Assembly (NCBI GenBank): GCA_009835985.1 | Contig: VXWI01000115.1 | Coordinates: forward strand, 11,145-75,144 | Reading direction: 5' to 3' | Length of the DNA: 64,000 nt | Source of the DNA: Acidobacteriota bacterium | GTDB taxonomy: Bacteria; Acidobacteriota; Vicinamibacteria; Marinacidobacterales; Marinacidobacteraceae | Shown here: in pieces, positions 59,988-64,000 of the stretch | Numbering within the stretch: position 1 is the stretch's first letter | How the letters are laid out: every line of letters begins with the position of its first letter | Made by a program: the position numbers and the translations under genes | Notes under the pieces: model-generated | What the model was told of the DNA's origin: nothing | Database searches by the model: none | Seen by the model: the letters and a program-made list of their open reading frames with translations, nothing else

Positions 59988-60593
59988 ATGAGCCAGACCG
60001 CGATTGCTCAGGCGGACTGGGGGGGCGGTGCGAGCCCCTTCGGCGTGACCTGGCAAAAGATGATGATGTGGTTCTTCATCGTCACCGACGCGCTGCTGTT
60101 CGCCGGCCTGCTGGTCAGCTACGGCGTGGTGCGGATTGCCACCGGAGACTGGCCGACGCAGAGCGAGGTCTTCAGCCTCACTTACATCGCGACGATGACG
60201 TTCGTGCTGATCACCTCGTCCGCCACCATGGCTTGCGGGGTGAAGGCGGCCGAGCTCGGGCGCCCGAAGACTGCCGCCAAGTTCGTCTGGCTCACGATCC
60301 TCGGGGGCTTCATCTTCCTCGGGATGCAGGCCTACGAGTGGTCCGTCTTCATCGGCGATGGCGGCGGAATTACCGCCAACCCCTGGGGTTCGCCCACCTT
60401 CAGCCAGTTCTTCTTCATCATCACCGGCTTCCACGGGTTCCACGTCCTCACCGGCGTGATCGTGCTGCTGGTGGTGGCGATCCGGGCCGCCATGGGCCGC
60501 TATTCCCCCGCCGGCGTCGAGAACGCCGGCCTCTACTGGCACTTCGTGGACCTCGTCTGGGTCTTCGTCTTCGCCCTCTTCTATCTGGTCTAG
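59988..60593 (+). CDS. Second cytochrome c oxidase subunit III-family protein.
   Basis: FFIITGFHGFHVLTGVIVLLVVAIRAA...LYWHFVDLVWVFVFALFYLV matches the Cox3 C-terminal signature. GGAGAGGAGG RBS. Confidence 0.8.
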   Translation: MSQTAIAQADWGGGASPFGVTWQKMMMWFFIVTDALLFAGLLVSYGVVRIATGDWPTQSEVFSLTYIATMTFVLITSSATMACGVKAAELGRPKTAAKFVWLTILGGFIFLGMQAYEWSVFIGDGGGITANPWGSPTFSQFFFIITGFHGFHVLTGVIVLLVVAIRAAMGRYSPAGVENAGLYWHFVDLVWVFVFALFYLV

Positions 60594-60603
60594 GAGAAGC
60601 CAA

Positions 60604-60921
60604 GTGTCAAGTGACGCCCATCCCTACCGCTTCTACTGGCTCCTCTGGGTGGTGCTCCTCGCCGTCACCCTCCTCATGATCGCGATCGAGGGCGCCAACC
60701 TGCCCGCTGCGCTGGCGGTCATCGTCCTGCTCTTCGGATCGGCGATCAAGGCCACCCTCATCATCTTCTACTACATGCACCTCAAGTTCGAGCACATGGG
60801 GCTGATCATGACGGTGCTCGTTGGTTTGTTCGTGACCGCGATCCTGATGTTCGTTCTCCCGGCCTACGACGGCGGCCACATCCTGGATTCGTTCCAGAGC
60901 CTGAAGGAGTATTCGGGCTGA
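60604..60921 (+). CDS. Prokaryotic cytochrome c oxidase subunit IV (CoxD/CtaF-like small membrane subunit).
   Basis: YRFYWLLWVVLLAVTLLMIAIE...IIFYYMHLKFEHMGLIMTVLVGLF... matches the caa3/aa3 subunit IV family (Pfam COX4_pro). GTG start after AGGAG. Confidence 0.7.
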   Translation: MSSDAHPYRFYWLLWVVLLAVTLLMIAIEGANLPAALAVIVLLFGSAIKATLIIFYYMHLKFEHMGLIMTVLVGLFVTAILMFVLPAYDGGHILDSFQSLKEYSG

Positions 60922-60926
60922 CCGCG

Positions 60927-61229
60927 ATGTCCCGTTCCGGCCTCCTCGTCCTGTTCGCGGTGGCGGCGTTCCTGGCGCTGCTCCCCGCCGACGGGTCCGG
61001 CCAGTGCTCCATGTGCCGGACGGCGCTGGAGCAGAACGAAGAGGTTGCCGCCAGCTTCAACAATGCGATCCTGTTCCTGCTGGCGATGCCGTACGCGGTC
61101 TTTGCCTCGGGAGTCGGCTACGTGCTGGTGTCGCGCCGGCGACGCGCGCGGCGGTCCGCCGCCGTGACGGCTCCGGAAGTCCGCGCCGAATTGCTTCCCG
61201 CCGACGATCCGATCAGCGTCACCTCCTGA
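60927..61229 (+). CDS. Small membrane protein with signal/TM segment, CxxC motif (GQCSMCRT) and a second TM helix; possibly oxidase-associated.
   Basis: 100-aa ORF immediately downstream of the oxidase subunit genes with 5-nt spacing. No family confidently recognised. Confidence 0.4.
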   Translation: MSRSGLLVLFAVAAFLALLPADGSGQCSMCRTALEQNEEVAASFNNAILFLLAMPYAVFASGVGYVLVSRRRRARRSAAVTAPEVRAELLPADDPISVTS

Positions 61230-61237
61230 CGGCGTGT

Positions 61238-61300
61238 GGAGCGCCGGCCTCCGGCCGGCATCGCGCCCCACAGGGGAGCGAGACATGCGTGGCTGTTCAG
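61238..61300 (+). repeat. MITE-like repeat copy 4 (5' fragment or solo terminal inverted repeat).
   Basis: ggagcgccggcctccggccggcatcgcg matches the first 28 nt of copies 1 and 3, then diverges. No right inverted repeat found. Begins 8 nt after the upstream stop. Confidence 0.5.
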
Positions 61301-61380
61301 CCCGGATGGTGCACGCGCCTGGTTCACTCCCCGCCCGGGACGCGTCGCGCGAGGCGATCGCACCGCGGCAGCTCCGGCAG

Positions 61381-62061
61381 TCACCGGTCCAGTCGTTCTT
61401 CGATGCGCTTCAGTCGGTCCTCGATCCGGCGTAGCCGGGCATCCGGAGCCGACTCGAGGAAGTACGCCGCGACCGCCCCCCCAAACGTGGCGAAAACGCC
61501 GATTCCGACGAGCATGAGAATTCCGCCGACGATTCTCCCCAGCAGGGAGACCGGCGCAATGTCCCCGTAACCGACGGTCGTCGCGGTGACCAAGGCCCAC
61601 CAGACACCGTTCCAGATACTGCCTACGGCCTTCGGCTCCGCCACGTAGACCAGCGCGCCCCCGACGAGTACCGACAGCAGCAGGACGCCCACGACGGGCC
61701 GGACCCCTGACCGCCCAACGACACCCTGAAGCGCGGGCAGCGCTTTTCCCGCCGCCGACGCGATCAGGAGCACGCGAGCAAGCCGCGCCAATCGCGCGAG
61801 CCGCGAGAGCGCAAGAACCCCCGGCAGCAGAGGGAAACTCAGGACCACGATCGCCAGACTCAACCCCTTTCGGGCGGGCCGGGCGCCCCGCCAGAAATCG
61901 GCGGCGAGGTCGAAGACGAAAATCAGCCAGATGACCCAGTCCGCCGCCACCGTCTGCGGCGTCAGTACCCCTTGTGCTTCAAGAACAACCAGGGGAACCG
62001 TCGCGAGCGCCGCGACGACAACTGCGGCGTCGATCCACCGGAGCGCTCGTGCGCCACTCAT
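61381..62061 (-). CDS. Voltage-gated-type potassium channel (ion_trans family; S4-like RLARLARLARV and TVGYGD selectivity filter).
   Basis: K+ selectivity filter TTVGYGD. Arg-repeat S4-like helix. Four or more TM segments. 226 aa from ATG 62061. Confidence 0.8.
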   Translation of the reverse strand: MSGARALRWIDAAVVVAALATVPLVVLEAQGVLTPQTVAADWVIWLIFVFDLAADFWRGARPARKGLSLAIVVLSFPLLPGVLALSRLARLARLARVLLIASAAGKALPALQGVVGRSGVRPVVGVLLLSVLVGGALVYVAEPKAVGSIWNGVWWALVTATTVGYGDIAPVSLLGRIVGGILMLVGIGVFATFGGAVAAYFLESAPDARLRRIEDRLKRIEERLDR

Positions 62062-62143
62062 GGCTTCCCGGGATTCGAACAGAGAAGCGCGGACAGGGCC
62101 GATCCCGGCGAAGACCGGAGGGGGCGCATCGCGCGCTCTCGGG

Positions 62144-63085
62144 TCACTCCTCGCTCGGGAACGCGTAGTAGCCGTTCCGCGTGCGCGCCAGCAGGTCCCG
62201 GCGCCCCCGAACCGACACCTCGATCTCGCGCCACTCGCCGTCCCTTTCCGCCTCTCGCGGGATGTAGGCAAGCCGGTACTGGGCGTGCATGTCCGCCTCG
62301 ATCCGGGCGAAGCTGCCGATGAGATCGCCGGTCCGCTCCGGGAAGAGCGCCTGACCGCCGGTCTCTTCCGTGAGCCGGCGCAGGAACCGCTTGTTGACCC
62401 GGGCGCCGTTTCCCTCGAATCCGATGGCGTAGACGACGGCATCGGTGAGCCGGGCGGCCTCGATGGCGTCGCCGGCGCTCATCTCGCTGCCGAACCCCAT
62501 GCTCCGCGAGTCGTCGCCGTCGGTGAAGATCAGGAGCACCTTGCGGTCCCCGTCGGCGAAATGGAGCCGCTCGAGGGCCATGATCGAGGCGTCGTAGAGC
62601 GCGGTCGGCCCCAGGGGGTCGAGGGCCATGATGTTTGCCGTGAGCCGAAACCGGTCGTCGGTGAACTCGCCTCCGAAGCGGACCCGGTCGTTGAACTCGC
62701 CGATCATGGCGACATCGCCCTCCCAGAGCCGATCCACGAAGGTCGCGGCGGCTTCCTTCACGTAGTCGAGGCTGACCCTCATGCTCAGGGAGGCGTCGAG
62801 AAGCACGAGGATCGTGAGCGGGGCGGCCTCGGCCGCGAAGAAGCTGATCTGCTGGGGAACTCCATCCTCCCGAACCACGAAGTCATCGGCCGCCAGGCCG
62901 GAGACGAAACGGCCGCGCTCGTCGCTCACCGCCACCCCCAGGTTGACCGCCTCGACCTGCACCTGGATGCGGAAGGGGTCCTGCTGGGTCCGGCCGGCGC
63001 CGGCGAGGGCCAAGGTGCCCGCGATCGCTGCGGAAAGAGCGACGGCCACGCCGGCCGGCGCCTTTGTTCGTATCCACCGGGACAT
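62144..63085 (-). CDS. Secreted von Willebrand factor type A (VWA) domain protein (TIGR03436-like).
   Basis: Signal peptide. VWA/MIDAS motif LVLLDASLSM ... LLIFTDGDDS. About 313 aa. Confidence 0.7.
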   Translation of the reverse strand: MSRWIRTKAPAGVAVALSAAIAGTLALAGAGRTQQDPFRIQVQVEAVNLGVAVSDERGRFVSGLAADDFVVREDGVPQQISFFAAEAAPLTILVLLDASLSMRVSLDYVKEAAATFVDRLWEGDVAMIGEFNDRVRFGGEFTDDRFRLTANIMALDPLGPTALYDASIMALERLHFADGDRKVLLIFTDGDDSRSMGFGSEMSAGDAIEAARLTDAVVYAIGFEGNGARVNKRFLRRLTEETGGQALFPERTGDLIGSFARIEADMHAQYRLAYIPREAERDGEWREIEVSVRGRRDLLARTRNGYYAFPSEE

Positions 63086-63351
63086 TCTCGAAGTTTCCCC
63101 TCGGTTCCGGGTATTTTGTCGCGGCGACGCGAGAAAACGGTGACGGAACCTGCGGACCGCCCGTCTGGTCCGGTCGCACGATCGAGGCAGGCCCAAACCT
63201 CGCGGGGCTGCTACAATTCCCGGCTCGAATCCGGGGCGAAACCGCCCCGCTGAGTCGGTTTCCCGGCTGTCAGGTGCGGCCCGAATCTGTCAGGCCCACC
63301 GGTTGGACCGCAGTTCAATCCCCTGCCCACGGAACGGAGGTTCCTCGCACG

Positions 63352-64000
63352 ATGCTTCAAAGAGCCCCTCGCACGCTCATTCTGCTCGCGATTCCCCTCG
63401 CCGCCGCCCTGATGGTCGGCTGCGGCGGTGGCGGCGAATCGGACACCGCGATGGAGGCCGTTCCGGCCGCCTCCATGACCACCGTGGATCCGGCCACCGC
63501 CGGGACCATCAGCGGCACGATCATGCTCGACGGCGAGGCCCCGCCGGCCGACGCCATCCAGATGGCCGCGGACCCCAACTGCGCCCGAATGCACGACAGC
63601 CCGGTGATGACCGAGTTCGTGATCACGGACATGGAGGGCGGCCTGCAGAACGCCTTCGTGTACATCAAGGGCGGCCTCGAAGGCATGAGCTTCCCGGTGC
63701 CGACCGAGCCGGTCGTCCTGAACCAGGAGGGCTGCGTCTACGTGCCGCACGTGCTGGGCATCCAGGTCGGACAGGAGCTCAACATCCTGAACAGCGACGC
63801 GACGCTCCACAACATCCACGCGACCCCGACCGCGAACCAGGAGTTCAACATCGGCCAGCCGGTGGCGAACATGAGCACCACCCGGACGTTCGACACCGTC
63901 GAGATCATGGTTCCGTTCAAGTGCGACGTGCACCGCTGGATGAACAGCTACGCGGGCGTCCTCGACCATCCCTACTTCGCGGTGAGCGGCATGGACGGCT
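63352..64000 (+). CDS. Lipoprotein with cupredoxin-like (type-1 copper) C-x2-H-x2-M motif; partial (runs off the window end).
   Basis: GGAACGGAGG RBS. Lipobox LAAALMVGCGG. Candidate blue-copper ligands H...C-D-V-H-R-W-M (TLHNIHATP...FKCDVHRWM). Frame remains open to position 64000. Confidence 0.55.
   Translation, partial: MLQRAPRTLILLAIPLAAALMVGCGGGGESDTAMEAVPAASMTTVDPATAGTISGTIMLDGEAPPADAIQMAADPNCARMHDSPVMTEFVITDMEGGLQNAFVYIKGGLEGMSFPVPTEPVVLNQEGCVYVPHVLGIQVGQELNILNSDATLHNIHATPTANQEFNIGQPVANMSTTRTFDTVEIMVPFKCDVHRWMNSYAGVLDHPYFAVSGMDG

Overview
This is a high-GC (about 68-70%) bacterial chromosomal segment, on gene content from a Gram-negative (diderm) bacterium. It is mostly housekeeping and respiratory genes, not an obvious mobile island. 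Gemmatimonadota-like taxonomy is inferred from gene content, not observed directly.

Features, in order along the window:
- 5' end: a partial CarD-family regulator gene, tRNA-Leu(CAA), a Trm112-like gene, a minus-strand tRNA with a CAU anticodon, and a Spy/CpxP-like periplasmic chaperone gene preceded by a near-consensus sigma-54 promoter.
- A large secreted protein with BNR/Asp-box repeats.
- A translationally coupled AIM24/DUF4339 and NUDIX gene pair, then glycerate kinase, an ECF sigma factor, and hslVU followed by an acidic tandem-repeat FN3 lipoprotein gene.
- Transaldolase, then a three-subunit acyl-CoA carboxylase (carboxyltransferase, biotin carboxylase, biotin carrier protein).
- An outer-membrane biogenesis module: tamB, a large Omp85 (BamA-like) gene, and a SurA-like chaperone gene, followed by an rpoD-like sigma-70 gene.
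- Two secreted amidases, a PhzF-family gene, rnhA, and an ABC-F ATPase gene.
- A CRTAC1/ASPIC-family repeat protein, three tandem TPR paralogues, and an FmdB zinc-ribbon protein.
- trpDCFBA plus a DAHP synthase gene.
- A respiratory super-operon of about 10 kb: Rieske protein, split cytochrome b, an octahaem cytochrome c, and an aa3-type oxidase (subunits II, I, III, a second III-like, IV).
- 3' end: a K+ channel gene, a VWA-domain protein gene, and a partial cupredoxin lipoprotein gene.

Most notable observations:
1. A CMD/AhpD-family gene is interrupted by an in-frame TGA exactly where the second Cys of the CxxC-x3-H motif belongs. A bacterial SECIS-like hairpin with a GGUCU loop sits 11 nt downstream, so this is a candidate selenoprotein.
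2. A roughly 220-bp MITE-like element with perfect 22-bp terminal inverted repeats occurs in four intergenic copies or remnants, in both orientations.
3. A 34-codon ORF upstream of trpD encodes W-L-W-R-W and is a candidate trp attenuation leader.
4. A 17-bp perfect long-range inverted repeat encloses a roughly 140-nt structured intergenic element after the DAHP synthase gene, a candidate ncRNA.
5. HslV carries an apparent 34-residue extension ahead of its catalytic Thr1.

Start codons are inferred from homology and ribosome-binding-site context and may be off by a few codons.
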